A stretch of 64,000 nucleotides of DNA, taken from NCBI GenBank assembly GCA_035473115.1, contig DATION010000003.1, forward strand, positions 3,264 to 67,263, read 5' to 3'. Every line of letters begins with the position of its first letter. Positions within the stretch are counted from its first letter, which is position 1. The DNA is from Candidatus Udaeobacter sp. GTDB lineage: Bacteria > Patescibacteriota > Patescibacteriia > Magasanikbacterales > GWA2-37-8. The translations under genes were made by a program, and so were the position numbers. Of this stretch, positions 37,346 to 47,624 are shown piece after piece. The notes beneath the pieces were generated by a model. That model searched no databases. It was not told the origin of the DNA and saw only the letters and a program-made list of their open reading frames with translations.

Positions 37346-37789
37346 ATGAAAATAAGCAGAGAAAATTTAATTACAGAGATTATGGAAAATTTACATGCCA
37401 TAAAAAACAGAATGCATGTAAATTTTAATCGACAAGGCTTTGATGACTGCATGACTCACTCTCAGCTTTTTGTTTTATCAATTATTAAACAAAATCCAAG
37501 TATAGGAATCAAGGAATTGGCAAAAAAAATGAATATTTCTCCAAGCGCAATAACTCAGTTGGTAGATAGTTTGGCAGACAGTGGTTATGCCATTCGTCAG
37601 GCTGACCCCAAAGATCGCCGCGCTCTGCTCTTGGGTATTTCGGAGAAAGGTTTAAAATATCTAAGTTTATTTAAAAATAAATATACAAAAGTTGTAGCGG
37701 TATTATTTAATAGTTTAAATGACGAAGAATTAAAAAATTATTTACAGCTTAATAAAAAAATATTAACTAATGTTTTAGAAAAAAAATAA
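37346..37789 (+). CDS. MarR-family transcriptional regulator.
   Basis: Winged-helix region ELAKKMNISPSAITQLVDSLADSGYAIRQADPKDRR. Confidence 0.85.
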   Translation: MKISRENLITEIMENLHAIKNRMHVNFNRQGFDDCMTHSQLFVLSIIKQNPSIGIKELAKKMNISPSAITQLVDSLADSGYAIRQADPKDRRALLLGISEKGLKYLSLFKNKYTKVVAVLFNSLNDEELKNYLQLNKKILTNVLEKK

Positions 37790-37872
37790 ATATATACTTT
37801 ATATGGGCATTACCCGTATAAACTCATTCACTCAAAAATATTTTAGCAAGCTAAATATTTTATTCATTCATT

Positions 37873-39429
37873 TTGTTTATGAAAAAATTCGTAATATATG
37901 GTTTGGTTGGAGTTGTGGTTATTGGCATAGCTTTTTCTGTGTTTAGAAAAGGAAAAGCCAAAGAAGAGACAACGGTGGTTCATCCGGCCGATTTTGTTCA
38001 GCAAGTTTCGGTGTCCGGTAAAGTGGTAGCGGCTCAAGATGTAGATCTTGGTTTTTCTCAGGGCGGCCGCATCTCAAAAGTTTATGCTAAGGTTGGCGAT
38101 GTAGTTCCGGCCGGAAAGTTATTGGCAGAAATTGAGAATGGAGATTTGCGAGCTACGGTTTTACAAAAACAAGCTGCTTTGGAAACACAACAGGCCAAAT
38201 TAGAATCTATTAAACAAGGTACACGACCCGAAGAATTAGCTATAGCGCAAACAACGGTTGATAATGCTCAATCTGCTTTGACCCAAGCTGATCAGGTGGT
38301 GGCTGACGCTATTAAAGACGCCTATACAAAATCTGATGACGCGATCAGGCACAAGGTGGATCAGTTTATGACCAACCCAAGTTTGGATCCGCAATTAATT
38401 TTTTTGACCAAAAATATTCAAACAGCTAGAAATGTTGAATTTGAGCGTTTGACGATTCAGAAAATACTGACAGATTGGCAAATTGATAATGCCAGTATCA
38501 TTGGTAATGACGGAGTTTTAGTATATGCGGAAAAAGCGCAAAAAAATTTAGCTTCGGTGTCTTCTCTGCTGGCTGATGCCGGTTCGGTTTTAAACGAAGC
38601 CACTATTTCTCCAACCATAACTCAGACCGCTGTTAGCGGTTATATTGCCGATATTGCTGCTGCTCGTACGGCGGTAAACACAGCAATTGTCAATTTGAGC
38701 GCCGCAGTTGGGGCGCAAAAAAACGCGTCCGCCAGTTTAAGCAGCGCTCAGAAAAATTTATTATTAAAAAAAGCCGGATCAACTCAGGCTGATATTGATG
38801 CTCAGTCAGCTCAAGTTAAAGCTGCCCAAGCAGATTTGGCTAATGCGCAAGCTCAGTTGGCTAAAACGCTTATCTTTTCTCCTTTTGCTGGTGTAGTTAC
38901 AAAGATGGAGGCTAAAGTCGGGCAGATTGTTTCTTTAAATACTACCGAAGCTTCAATGATTGGCAACGGATCGTTCCAAGTAGAAAGTTTTGTGCCGGAA
39001 GTAAATGTTTCTTTGATAAAAGTAGGCGATCCGGCCAAAGTGACTTTGGATGCTTATGGTGAAGATGTAAATTTTTCCGTAAAAATAGTTTCTATTGATC
39101 CGGCAGAAACTCTGCAGGATGGTGTTTCTACCTATAAAGCTGTGCTGCAATTTGATTCTCAAGATCCGCGAGTTAAGTCCGGCATGACTGCTAATGCTTT
39201 GATTACTACAGAAAAGAGAGAAAATGTCATCGCTGTACCGCAAAAGATTGTGGTGACAAAAGATGGTCAAAAATTTGTTAAAGTTAAAGAGGGCGAAACT
39301 GTAACTGAAAGAAAAGTTGAAACCGGCAGCGTTTCCTCTTTGGGGCAGATAGAAATTACTTCAGGACTTAAAGACGGTGATGTAGTAGTTTTGGAAGAAA
39401 CTTCAGCTTCTAATAAGCAAGCAAAATAA
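37873..39429 (+). CDS. HlyD/MacA-type periplasmic adaptor (membrane fusion protein).
   Basis: N-terminal transmembrane segment, a long coiled coil and a beta-barrel/MP domain. It immediately precedes the FtsX-like permease and the ABC ATPase. Confidence 0.85.
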   Translation: MFMKKFVIYGLVGVVVIGIAFSVFRKGKAKEETTVVHPADFVQQVSVSGKVVAAQDVDLGFSQGGRISKVYAKVGDVVPAGKLLAEIENGDLRATVLQKQAALETQQAKLESIKQGTRPEELAIAQTTVDNAQSALTQADQVVADAIKDAYTKSDDAIRHKVDQFMTNPSLDPQLIFLTKNIQTARNVEFERLTIQKILTDWQIDNASIIGNDGVLVYAEKAQKNLASVSSLLADAGSVLNEATISPTITQTAVSGYIADIAAARTAVNTAIVNLSAAVGAQKNASASLSSAQKNLLLKKAGSTQADIDAQSAQVKAAQADLANAQAQLAKTLIFSPFAGVVTKMEAKVGQIVSLNTTEASMIGNGSFQVESFVPEVNVSLIKVGDPAKVTLDAYGEDVNFSVKIVSIDPAETLQDGVSTYKAVLQFDSQDPRVKSGMTANALITTEKRENVIAVPQKIVVTKDGQKFVKVKEGETVTERKVETGSVSSLGQIEITSGLKDGDVVVLEETSASNKQAK

Positions 39430-39435
39430 GATAAT

Positions 39436-40689
39436 ATGTTTTCTTTTTTAGATATTCGCATTGGTTTTTTCTTGGCCTTGCGGCAAATTAGACGAGCCAG
39501 TTTTTGGACGACCAGTCTGATTGTTTTTGTGATGATTTTAACTTTTCTTAATTTAGTGGTGGTTAGCGGGGTACTGGTTGGTTTAGTACAAGCGGCTATA
39601 GACGGTCAAAGAGCCAAGAGCACCGGTGATGTGATTATTTCCACTTTGAAAGATAAAAATTATATAGAAAATAGTTCAGAAGTGATCAGTATCATAAATT
39701 CTTTGCCCGAAGTTGATTTTTTTACGGCCCGCTATCGTTTGGGCGGAACCTTGGAAGCTAACTATAAAACTAAAAAAGAGAATGAAAAACCAAATATTGC
39801 CAATGGTTTTTTTGTGGGCATTGATCCGCAAGCCGAAGACGCGGTTACTCATATTTCCAAGGATATTATTGAAGGAGAATATTTGTCTCCCACAGATTAT
39901 GATCAAGTAGTGGTCGGATCTTTTTTGATCAAGCGTTATTTAAATGTTAACGCTCCCGGTCTAACTGCGCTAGACAATGTTTATGTAGGCACAAAAATAC
40001 GCCTTAAACTAAATGGGGTTGAGCGCGAAGTAACTGTGAAGGGAATTTTAAAAAGTAAAGTAGATGAAATAACCCAAAATGTTTATATGGTTGATTCTCA
40101 GTTGCGCAGCTTGATTGGCAGAAATGACGGCAATGTGGCTGCAATAGCTATAAAATTAAAACCGGGAGCTGATCCGGTTGCCGTACGTGACGCTTTGATT
40201 TTACGAGGAGTAGATAATTTAGCCAAAGTACAAACCTATATAGACGCGCAGCCGCAATTTTTAAAAGATATAGTGACTACTTTCGCAATGTTGGGCAATG
40301 TATTGAGTTCAATCGGTCTGGTAGTGGCTTCAATTACAATTTTCATTGTTATATTTATTAACGCCATTACTCGCCGGAAATTTATTGGTATTTTAAAAGG
40401 TATTGGTGTCAGCGGTCAGGCGATTGAGGTGTCTTATATTTTTCAATCAATTTTTTATGCGGTCTGCGGATCGGTAGTTGGTTTCTTTTTGGTGTATGGT
40501 TTTTTGGTGCCATTCTTTATCTCTCATCCAATAGATTTTCCGTTCAGTGATGGAATTTTGGTTGCACCTCTTGATCAAACTCTGTTGCGCATGGGGCTTT
40601 TGGTTTTGGCAACCTTGATTGCCGGTTATATTCCGGCCAGAATGATTGTCCGTAAAAATACGCTTGATTCAATTTTAGGTAGAAATTAA
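39436..40689 (+). CDS. ABC transporter permease of the FtsX/MacB type.
   Basis: 417 aa with TM1, a large periplasmic loop, then three C-terminal transmembrane segments. Confidence 0.85.
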   Translation: MFSFLDIRIGFFLALRQIRRASFWTTSLIVFVMILTFLNLVVVSGVLVGLVQAAIDGQRAKSTGDVIISTLKDKNYIENSSEVISIINSLPEVDFFTARYRLGGTLEANYKTKKENEKPNIANGFFVGIDPQAEDAVTHISKDIIEGEYLSPTDYDQVVVGSFLIKRYLNVNAPGLTALDNVYVGTKIRLKLNGVEREVTVKGILKSKVDEITQNVYMVDSQLRSLIGRNDGNVAAIAIKLKPGADPVAVRDALILRGVDNLAKVQTYIDAQPQFLKDIVTTFAMLGNVLSSIGLVVASITIFIVIFINAITRRKFIGILKGIGVSGQAIEVSYIFQSIFYAVCGSVVGFFLVYGFLVPFFISHPIDFPFSDGILVAPLDQTLLRMGLLVLATLIAGYIPARMIVRKNTLDSILGRN

Positions 40690-40761
40690 TGAATATATAG
40701 GCTTAGCCGCATATAAACTCATTCGTTCGTCCCGCTTAGCGGGATCTAAATCAATTTAATT

Positions 40762-41436
40762 ATGATTGAAGTAAAAAATCTTACAAAAACTTTTCATGAT
40801 GGCGATAAGGAAACCCGAGTATTGAAAGGGATTGATTTTAAGGCGGAAAGCGGAGAGTTTATTGCTATTATGGGTCGTTCGGGCGCCGGCAAAAGCACAT
40901 TTCTTTATCAGATCAGTCTTTTGGATGAGCCAACTAGCGGAGAAATTATTATTGATGGTCGTCAAGCTGGAGCGATGACTTTAGAGGAAAAAGGGCCATT
41001 TCGTCTAACTAATTTGGGCTTTGTCTTTCAAGACTATGCTTTGTTGCCAGAATTAACAGCGGTCGAAAATGTGGCTCTGCCGCTACTGATGCAAAATATG
41101 GATTCTGCTCAAGCTTATGCCAAAGCCACCGAAGCTTTGTTAAAAGTAAAACTTGGTCATCGTCTAAAAAATATTCCTAGCCACATGTCGGGCGGTGAGC
41201 AGCAAAGAGTTAGTATTGCTCGCGCAATTTCTCATCATCCAAAAATATTGTTTGCCGATGAGCCAACTGCCAATTTGGACAATGAATCTTCCCATGCAGT
41301 ATTGGAGATTTTTAAAGAACTTCATCGTGAAGGTCAGACAATTATTATGGTTACCCATGAAGAGCAGTATGCCAAAATGTCTCAGAAAATAGTTAAGTTT
41401 GATGATGGACGGATAGTTTCGATTGATAAAAATTAA
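40762..41436 (+). CDS. ABC transporter ATP-binding protein (MacB/LolD-like).
   Basis: Walker A GRSGAGKST, signature LSGGEQQRVSIARA and Walker B ILFADEPT. Confidence 0.9.
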   Translation: MIEVKNLTKTFHDGDKETRVLKGIDFKAESGEFIAIMGRSGAGKSTFLYQISLLDEPTSGEIIIDGRQAGAMTLEEKGPFRLTNLGFVFQDYALLPELTAVENVALPLLMQNMDSAQAYAKATEALLKVKLGHRLKNIPSHMSGGEQQRVSIARAISHHPKILFADEPTANLDNESSHAVLEIFKELHREGQTIIMVTHEEQYAKMSQKIVKFDDGRIVSIDKN

Positions 41437-41500
41437 TAAAAAATTACTTCAATAATAATCAGCCCTGTTCGTCAGGGCTGATTTGTTATATCATATTTAT

Positions 41501-41866
41501 ATGAAACTAAACCCTTTAACACCTGAAGAAGAACAAATAGTAGTGCATAAAGGCACAGAAGCTCCCTTTACCGGCGAGTATGATGATTTTTTTGTACCTG
41601 GAACTTATGTTTGTCGCCGCTGCAATACTCCGCTTTATACTTCTGATTCTAAGTTTCATTCAGGCTGCGGCTGGCCAAGTTTTGATCAGGAGATTCCGGG
41701 CGCAGTAAAAAAGTCAGTTGATGCCGACGGTTCGCGCACCGAAATTACCTGTAATGTTTGCGGCGCTCATTTGGGGCATGTATTTATGGGCGAAGGTTTT
41801 ACCGAAAAAAATACCCGTCATTGTGTAAATTCATTATCATTAAAGTTTATTCCAAAATCAGAATAA
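41501..41866 (+). CDS. msrB: Peptide-methionine (R)-S-oxide reductase.
   Basis: Zn-binding CRRC...CNVC, a GCGWPSF motif and the catalytic RHCVNS. Confidence 0.9.
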   Translation: MKLNPLTPEEEQIVVHKGTEAPFTGEYDDFFVPGTYVCRRCNTPLYTSDSKFHSGCGWPSFDQEIPGAVKKSVDADGSRTEITCNVCGAHLGHVFMGEGFTEKNTRHCVNSLSLKFIPKSE

Positions 41867-41918
41867 AAGGTCGAAGAACGGAGTGTTGTTTATAATTAAC
41901 TCATTTTAATATTAAAAT

Positions 41919-42347
41919 ATGTTTCAAGTCCCGATTAATTATTTGGCAATTTTAGTATGTGGTATTGTTAGTATGGTGATAGGCTATTTGTGGTATGGTC
42001 CTCTTTTTGGCAAAGTCTGGATGGGTTTAATGGGCATGAGGATGGAAAATATGACTGAAGAAAAGAAAAAAGGTATGGCTAAGTCGTATTTTATGATGTT
42101 TGTCGGCTCTTTATTTATGGCTTATGTATTATCTTTTAATTTAATTTTCGCGGCAACTTATCTAAAAATGACAGGCTTATCCGCCGGCGCAGTGTGCGCG
42201 TTTTGGAATTGGCTTGGTTTCATTGCGCCCGTAACTTTAGGAAGTGTGTTATGGGAGGGGAAGTCATGGAAGTTATGGCTTCTTAATAATGGCTATCAGT
42301 TAGTTACTTTGGTAGTCATGGGCACAATTTTAATGGCTTGGAGATAA
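41919..42347 (+). CDS. DUF1761-like small membrane protein, paralog B.
   Basis: LWYGPLFGKVW and GSVLWEGKSWKLWLLNN match the ORF at 17804. Confidence 0.55.
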   Translation: MFQVPINYLAILVCGIVSMVIGYLWYGPLFGKVWMGLMGMRMENMTEEKKKGMAKSYFMMFVGSLFMAYVLSFNLIFAATYLKMTGLSAGAVCAFWNWLGFIAPVTLGSVLWEGKSWKLWLLNNGYQLVTLVVMGTILMAWR

Positions 42348-42361
42348 AATTATTTAAACAA

Positions 42362-42395
42362 AATAACCCCGCCTCTCGTGAGAGGCGGGGTTATT
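42362..42395. terminator. Bidirectional intrinsic terminator.
   Basis: aaataaccccgcctctc gtga gaggcggggttatttt, with a 13 bp stem. Confidence 0.65.
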
Positions 42396-42401
42396 TTTAA
42401 T

Positions 42402-43727
42402 TTAATTGGTTAATTCTTTTATATCCTGTTCGTATTTGGCCGTAAGAGTGAGTACATTATCTCCATAAAAACGGTATTTGGTATTTGTGCCTCCGGAAAA
42501 ATAACGCATAGCTGCTTTCCATTGGCCGTCCCTGGTATCGTCAGCCCCATTATTTTTTAGCAGTAGTCCTGCAGCCATAAATGCGTCACGAATATCCCAA
42601 GGATCAGCTGAGGCTTTTCCGGTCAAAGCAGTTACTTTGTTTCGGTATCCCATCCAGGTGGAAGGGATAAACTGGGCCGGCCCCATAGCTCCTCCCCAGC
42701 CCAGCTGACTGCCGTCCTTGTTGTGTAAAGGACAGGAAACCGGTGTAACATCAGGATCGCGGCCCAGCTCGCTGGTGATAGTCATAAATGGTTCTTGATC
42801 GCGATTAGGTTTCATAATTACTTTCCAGCTTTTTTCCGGAGGATCTCCGGGCCGGTTGCAGGTGCCGACATTTTTTCCTAAGTTTGATTCCTGAGTAAGT
42901 ATAGCCAAGAGAAAGGCAGCGGGCACACCAGTTTGAGTATTGACCGATTGAGCAATAGATACGGCTTGGCCGAAATTAATTTGCGTGCCTCCGCCTAGTA
43001 ATTCATAGATACGGTTTCTGATCTCGGCTGCTTGTTTTTTACTATCTTTTAAAAGGTTTTGGTAAGTGGATTCCAGGTTTTGAGTAGCTTGTAATAGCTG
43101 TGTTTGTTCTTGTAATTTTCCGTTAAGAGCACTTTGTTGAATGTTGGCTAAATTAAGAAGCTGGCGATTGTCATCTTGCTGGTCTTCGTATATGTTTTGT
43201 TGATTGCTAAGCTGTTGTTGAGTGTCTTTATATTTTTGAGTTAAATCAGCGACTGACGAGGATAATTTTTGATAATTGGTCAATTCGGTAAATGCTTCGT
43301 TTATTCCGCCGTCGACTAAAAGTTTAAGTAAAAATAATTCATTACTTTTTTGATTTAAAAGACGCAACAGTTTGGCCAAATCTGCCTGCAAAATTTTTAT
43401 TTTAGCCTTGGCAGCATCAATTGACTTTACAGTAGTTGATATTTTTTTATTCAGATCGCCGAGTTTGATATTAGTTGCTTTGATTTGCAGGCGCAGGCTA
43501 TCTTGTTGGTTTTTAAGCTGTTTAATTTTGTTGGCCAAAGTATTTTTTTCTCCCTTGGTGGTTGCCAGTTGTTGTTCCAAAGCAGTTATCTGAGCTTCGA
43601 TGTCTTGCAGCTGTTTTTCCAGCTGTTGGCGAGTATCAGCATCATCAGCTCTGACTGTCAGTGATGGAAAAATCAAAAAAATAATTAGCAAAGCTACTAT
43701 ATATTTTTTCCAGGAAATTTTTGGCAT
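42402..43727 (-). CDS. Secreted coiled-coil protein with a C-terminal MltB-type lytic transglycosylase domain.
   Basis: Signal peptide. About 230 aa of heptad-rich Q/L/K coiled coil. The C-terminus carries LTQESNLG and GAMGPAQFIPSTW. Confidence 0.7.
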   Translation of the reverse strand: MPKISWKKYIVALLIIFLIFPSLTVRADDADTRQQLEKQLQDIEAQITALEQQLATTKGEKNTLANKIKQLKNQQDSLRLQIKATNIKLGDLNKKISTTVKSIDAAKAKIKILQADLAKLLRLLNQKSNELFLLKLLVDGGINEAFTELTNYQKLSSSVADLTQKYKDTQQQLSNQQNIYEDQQDDNRQLLNLANIQQSALNGKLQEQTQLLQATQNLESTYQNLLKDSKKQAAEIRNRIYELLGGGTQINFGQAVSIAQSVNTQTGVPAAFLLAILTQESNLGKNVGTCNRPGDPPEKSWKVIMKPNRDQEPFMTITSELGRDPDVTPVSCPLHNKDGSQLGWGGAMGPAQFIPSTWMGYRNKVTALTGKASADPWDIRDAFMAAGLLLKNNGADDTRDGQWKAAMRYFSGGTNTKYRFYGDNVLTLTAKYEQDIKELTN

Positions 43728-43843
43728 ATTTAGCTAGATTAGAGAAGGGTAGAATAGCAATTTTTGGCTTATTTTTCAAGTTTAATTTTTATAGACAAGG
43801 CAGGCTGATTTTGGTATAGTAAGGCCATTATTTACAGTTTTTT

Positions 43844-44389
43844 ATGAAAAAAGAACGCTTAGGGCCAATGAAGCAGATTTTTAAAGGAAGTATTTTTAGT
43901 ATTTTGCAGAGGGATGTAATTTTTCCTAATGGCCAGAAAAAAATTTTTGAATATTGCGCCAGACCTGGTTCTGTTGATGTTCTGCCCTTTGATAATAAAG
44001 GCAATCTTCTCTTGATAAGAGAGTATCGTCATGGCGCTAGGAAAAATGTTTGGTTTTTGCCGGCTGGCCGGGTAGATAAAGGCGAAACGCCGTTACAGGC
44101 TGCCAAAAGAGAATTACGCGAAGAAACAGGGTTGGGTGCTAAGACTTTTAAAAAAATTTACCAAAAATCACCTAGTAATACTTTGCTTTGGGATATAAAT
44201 GTTTATGCAGCCAAGGATTTATTTCCAGCGCCATTATCGGGTGATGAAGATTTTCCAATTAAAGTAGTTCCAACCCCGTTTGCTAAAGCCTTAAAGATGG
44301 CACTAGATGGCACCATTGAAAATGAATTCATTGCTTTCCATATAATTAAATTTGATTATATGATTAAGCATGGGCAGTTTAAGTGGTAA
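43844..44389 (+). CDS. NUDIX hydrolase (ADP-ribose pyrophosphatase-like).
   Basis: Nudix box GRVDKGETPLQAAKRELREETGL. Confidence 0.85.
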   Translation: MKKERLGPMKQIFKGSIFSILQRDVIFPNGQKKIFEYCARPGSVDVLPFDNKGNLLLIREYRHGARKNVWFLPAGRVDKGETPLQAAKRELREETGLGAKTFKKIYQKSPSNTLLWDINVYAAKDLFPAPLSGDEDFPIKVVPTPFAKALKMALDGTIENEFIAFHIIKFDYMIKHGQFKW

Positions 44390-44441
44390 ACATTAGTAAT
44401 AATATCTGTTTTTCTGGCGGCAAAACACCCTCCTGCGGAGG

Positions 44442-45794
44442 GTGCCCTCCCGAGGGTTTTTGATTGCCGCTGCTAAAAACAGGTATTATTACTTGAGTGT
44501 ATTTATGTTATATATATTACTAGTAATTTATATTTTACTTTTTTCAATATTAGCCTGGAAGAATTTTCGCTGGGCCGTTATTTTGTTTATAGTTTTTCTA
44601 CCAACTTATCTCGTTCGGTTTGATGTTTTTCATTTTAAAAATTTAACCGTTCCTTCTACCGTATTAGAATTATCTTTTGGAGTTTTATTTTTGGTTTGGT
44701 TTCTAAAGTATAGCCGTTATGATATTAAAAATATTTTAGCCGCAATTAAAAAGTACAAAATATTTTTTATCGCTTTTGGTTTATTTTTCCTCTCTTCAAT
44801 CGTCAGCGTTTTAATAAGCGATCTGTTTTTTTTGTCTTTAGGTTTGTGGCGCGCTTATTTTTTGGAACCGATGGTTTTGTTTTTAATTTTAATTGGCCGC
44901 AAAAATTATATAAAAACAAAAGATTTGATTTTGGGATTAGCACTTTCTAGTTTGAGTATCAGTATTTATTGTATAGTTCAAAAATTCACCGGCTGGGGAA
45001 TAGCTACTCCGGAATGGACCAATGAGGCAACTCGTAGAGTAACCGCTTTCTTTAGTTCTCCTAACGCGGTTGGGCTATATCTGGCTCCGGTTTTGATGTT
45101 GGTAAGCCTTGTAGCTATTAGCAAAAAGGAAAAATATAGAAGTTCAGGATTTTTGGTATTGCTGGCAGCAGCCATTTTGTCATTATTAGCTGTTGTTTTC
45201 ACCAAATCTCAAGGTACTTGGATTGGTTTGGGTGCAGGCTTGTTGGTGGTTTTATTTTTATTAGATTACAAAAAAACAGCAGTAACTATTGCTATTTTAG
45301 GTATAATATTTTCTTTGCTCGGGCCGTCAATGCGCCGAGCTGTTTTGTGGCAAGATCAAGCCGGGCAGAACCGCCTGCGGCTTTTGGGTTATACCCAGAT
45401 ATTTTTAACTAAGTCTCCGACTAACTTTATTTTTGGCACTGGCTTAGGCGAATTTTTTAGGAAAGTTCAAAAACCATATTACAACGATAAAATTATGGAG
45501 AGATTAATTTTCCCTCATAATATTTTTATTAATTTTTGGACTGAGACGGGGTTAGTGGGCATGTTGGTAATAATAATAATGCTGGGGAATATTTTTTATT
45601 TAGCTAATAAAATTAGACAGAATAATAAATTAGTCGGCGCCGGTATTTTGGGGATGCTAACTGTTTTAGTTGTGCATGGGTTGGTGGACGTGCCGTACTT
45701 TAAAAATGATTTATCTTTTTTGTTCTGGATTTTAATAGTTATTGTTTTTGTCACCTATGAAAATATTTGTCAAAGCCAAACCGTTGGCTTATGA
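44442..45794 (+). CDS. Polytopic membrane protein, putatively O-antigen ligase/Wzy-like.
   Basis: About 12 transmembrane segments with a periplasmic loop, an arrangement typical of Wzy_C. The assignment is tentative. Confidence 0.5.
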   Translation: MPSRGFLIAAAKNRYYYLSVFMLYILLVIYILLFSILAWKNFRWAVILFIVFLPTYLVRFDVFHFKNLTVPSTVLELSFGVLFLVWFLKYSRYDIKNILAAIKKYKIFFIAFGLFFLSSIVSVLISDLFFLSLGLWRAYFLEPMVLFLILIGRKNYIKTKDLILGLALSSLSISIYCIVQKFTGWGIATPEWTNEATRRVTAFFSSPNAVGLYLAPVLMLVSLVAISKKEKYRSSGFLVLLAAAILSLLAVVFTKSQGTWIGLGAGLLVVLFLLDYKKTAVTIAILGIIFSLLGPSMRRAVLWQDQAGQNRLRLLGYTQIFLTKSPTNFIFGTGLGEFFRKVQKPYYNDKIMERLIFPHNIFINFWTETGLVGMLVIIIMLGNIFYLANKIRQNNKLVGAGILGMLTVLVVHGLVDVPYFKNDLSFLFWILIVIVFVTYENICQSQTVGL

Positions 45795-45975
45795 AGAAAA
45801 AGTTGAAAAAATAGATGCCAATCATTTTTTGGTTTCCGTAAAGGAGCCGCCGCAAAATGGTTTGGCTAACAAAGCAATTATTAGAGCAGTTGCAAATTAT
45901 TTTAAAATAGGGCAGTCTAGAGTGGTAGTAAAAAAAGGATTTACTAATAAGAATAAAATTATTGAAATTATATAA
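45757..45975 (+). CDS. DUF167/YggU-family small protein.
   Basis: MKIFVKAKP...VSVKEPPQNGLANKAIIRAVANYFKI...VVVKKG matches the YggU pattern. Confidence 0.55.
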   Translation: MKIFVKAKPLAYEEKVEKIDANHFLVSVKEPPQNGLANKAIIRAVANYFKIGQSRVVVKKGFTNKNKIIEII

Positions 45976-47116
45976 TATGGACAAAGTATATTCAGATGCT
46001 CTGAAACTTCATAAGAAGTTTCATGGCAAATTGGAAGTAAAAAGCAAAGTGTCAATTAAAAATAAAAAAGATCTGTCTTTGGCTTATACCCCTGGTGTGG
46101 CTGAGGTCTGTCGAGTGATTGCTGCAGATAAAAACTTAGCCCGTGAGTACACGATAAAAAGAAATACTGTGGCCGTGGTGACGGATGGTTCGGCTATTTT
46201 GGGTTTGGGAAATTTGGGACCGGAAGCAGCGATGCCGGTAATGGAAGGCAAGGCAGCTTTGTTTAAAGAGTTTGCCGGTGTGGATGCTTTTCCAATCTGT
46301 TTGGCTACTCAAGACACAGAAGAAATAATTAAAACCGTAAAATATCTGGCGCCAGTTTTTGGCGGGATAAACTTGGAAGATATTGCCGCGCCCAGATGTT
46401 TTGAGATAGAGGAAAGGTTAAAAAAAGAATTATCTATTCCGGTGATGCATGATGATCAGCATGGCACAGCCACCGTAGTTTTGGCAGCGATGATCAATGC
46501 TTTAAAATTAAAAAAATTAGACAAAACTTTGGCGAAAGTTGTCATTAGCGGAGCTGGAGCGGCCGGCACAGCTGTAGCCAAAATTTTGGTTAAATATGGC
46601 TTTAAAAATGTGGCTGTTTGCGACAGAAAAGGTTTGCTCTATAAACAAAGAGGAGATTTGGATAAAGATAAACTGGCTTTGGCAGAGTTGACTAACCCGC
46701 AAGCGCCGGGCGATTTTACTTTAAAAGGCGTATTAAAAAAAGCTGATGTATTTATCGGTGTCAGTGGTCCAAATATTATTAGCCGAGAAGAAGTAAAAAG
46801 CATGAATGCCAAGCCAATTATTTTGGCGCTGGCCAACCCAGTGCCGGAAATTATGCCGGCTGAAGCCAAAGCTGGCGGTGCGTACATTATAGCTACCGGC
46901 CGGTCAGATTTTGCTAATCAAATAAATAATGTTTTGGTATTTCCGGGAATTTTTCGAGGCGCTTTAGACAACAATGTGACTCAAATTACCGAGGATATGT
47001 TGGTTAAAGCGGCTGAAAATTTGGCTAAATGTGTCAAAAAAATAAATCCAGAAAATATAATTCCTAAGCCGTTTGATAAAGGCGTAGTAAAGGCAGTGGC
47101 CAAAGCAATTAAATAA
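45962..47116 (+). CDS. NAD(P)-dependent malic enzyme, short form.
   Basis: LSLAYTPGVAEVC, the VVTDGSAILGLGNLGP motif and the Rossmann motif GAGAAGTA. Confidence 0.9.
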   Translation: MKLYNMDKVYSDALKLHKKFHGKLEVKSKVSIKNKKDLSLAYTPGVAEVCRVIAADKNLAREYTIKRNTVAVVTDGSAILGLGNLGPEAAMPVMEGKAALFKEFAGVDAFPICLATQDTEEIIKTVKYLAPVFGGINLEDIAAPRCFEIEERLKKELSIPVMHDDQHGTATVVLAAMINALKLKKLDKTLAKVVISGAGAAGTAVAKILVKYGFKNVAVCDRKGLLYKQRGDLDKDKLALAELTNPQAPGDFTLKGVLKKADVFIGVSGPNIISREEVKSMNAKPIILALANPVPEIMPAEAKAGGAYIIATGRSDFANQINNVLVFPGIFRGALDNNVTQITEDMLVKAAENLAKCVKKINPENIIPKPFDKGVVKAVAKAIK

Positions 47117-47119
47117 ATT

Positions 47120-47150
47120 AAAAAATCCTTGCCACGGCAAGGATTTTTTA
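47120..47150. terminator. Bidirectional intrinsic terminator.
   Basis: aaaaaatccttgcc acgg caaggatttttt. Confidence 0.65.
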
Positions 47151-47624
47151 ATTGGGAAACTCTGATTTTTTTCTGTTTTTTATTAAGTAGGTCATGCCGA
47201 TAATAAAAAGCAGAGTAGACGTAGCTGCCGAAGTCATGCAGTAAAGACAGATGGCTTTGATAATAAAAATTTGCAGATAAACAAACCAGAGCGAAGCCAG
47301 AAAACCAAAAGGAGTAAGGCAGGCAAGTAGTTTTAAAACAGCTGGTTTGCGAGAATCAAAGTATATAGCAGCCAAGACTAAAATAGTTAAGTAATAAATT
47401 GATCCAAGCAGTGCTACCGGTATGCCAAATAGACTGGAGTACTGACTGGTGGTAACTTGTTCACAGCCTTTGAGAATAGAGCAGGGAATAGGAGTGCCCA
47501 AAAAATGTTTGGCAGCTAAATAAGTAGCGTCAATAAATCCGGCCGCGCTAAATACAGGAAAGAAGGCGGGTAGAAAGTTAGATGGCGCCGCCGGCTTGTT
47601 GGATAATGTTTCTAAATTCGTCAT
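47148..47624 (-). CDS. Vitamin K epoxide reductase (VKOR) homolog.
   Basis: Four or five transmembrane segments and a CxxC motif (CLYC). Its 5' end overlaps the dsbA-like gene; the true start is uncertain. Confidence 0.7.
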   Translation of the reverse strand: MTNLETLSNKPAAPSNFLPAFFPVFSAAGFIDATYLAAKHFLGTPIPCSILKGCEQVTTSQYSSLFGIPVALLGSIYYLTILVLAAIYFDSRKPAVLKLLACLTPFGFLASLWFVYLQIFIIKAICLYCMTSAATSTLLFIIGMTYLIKNRKKSEFPN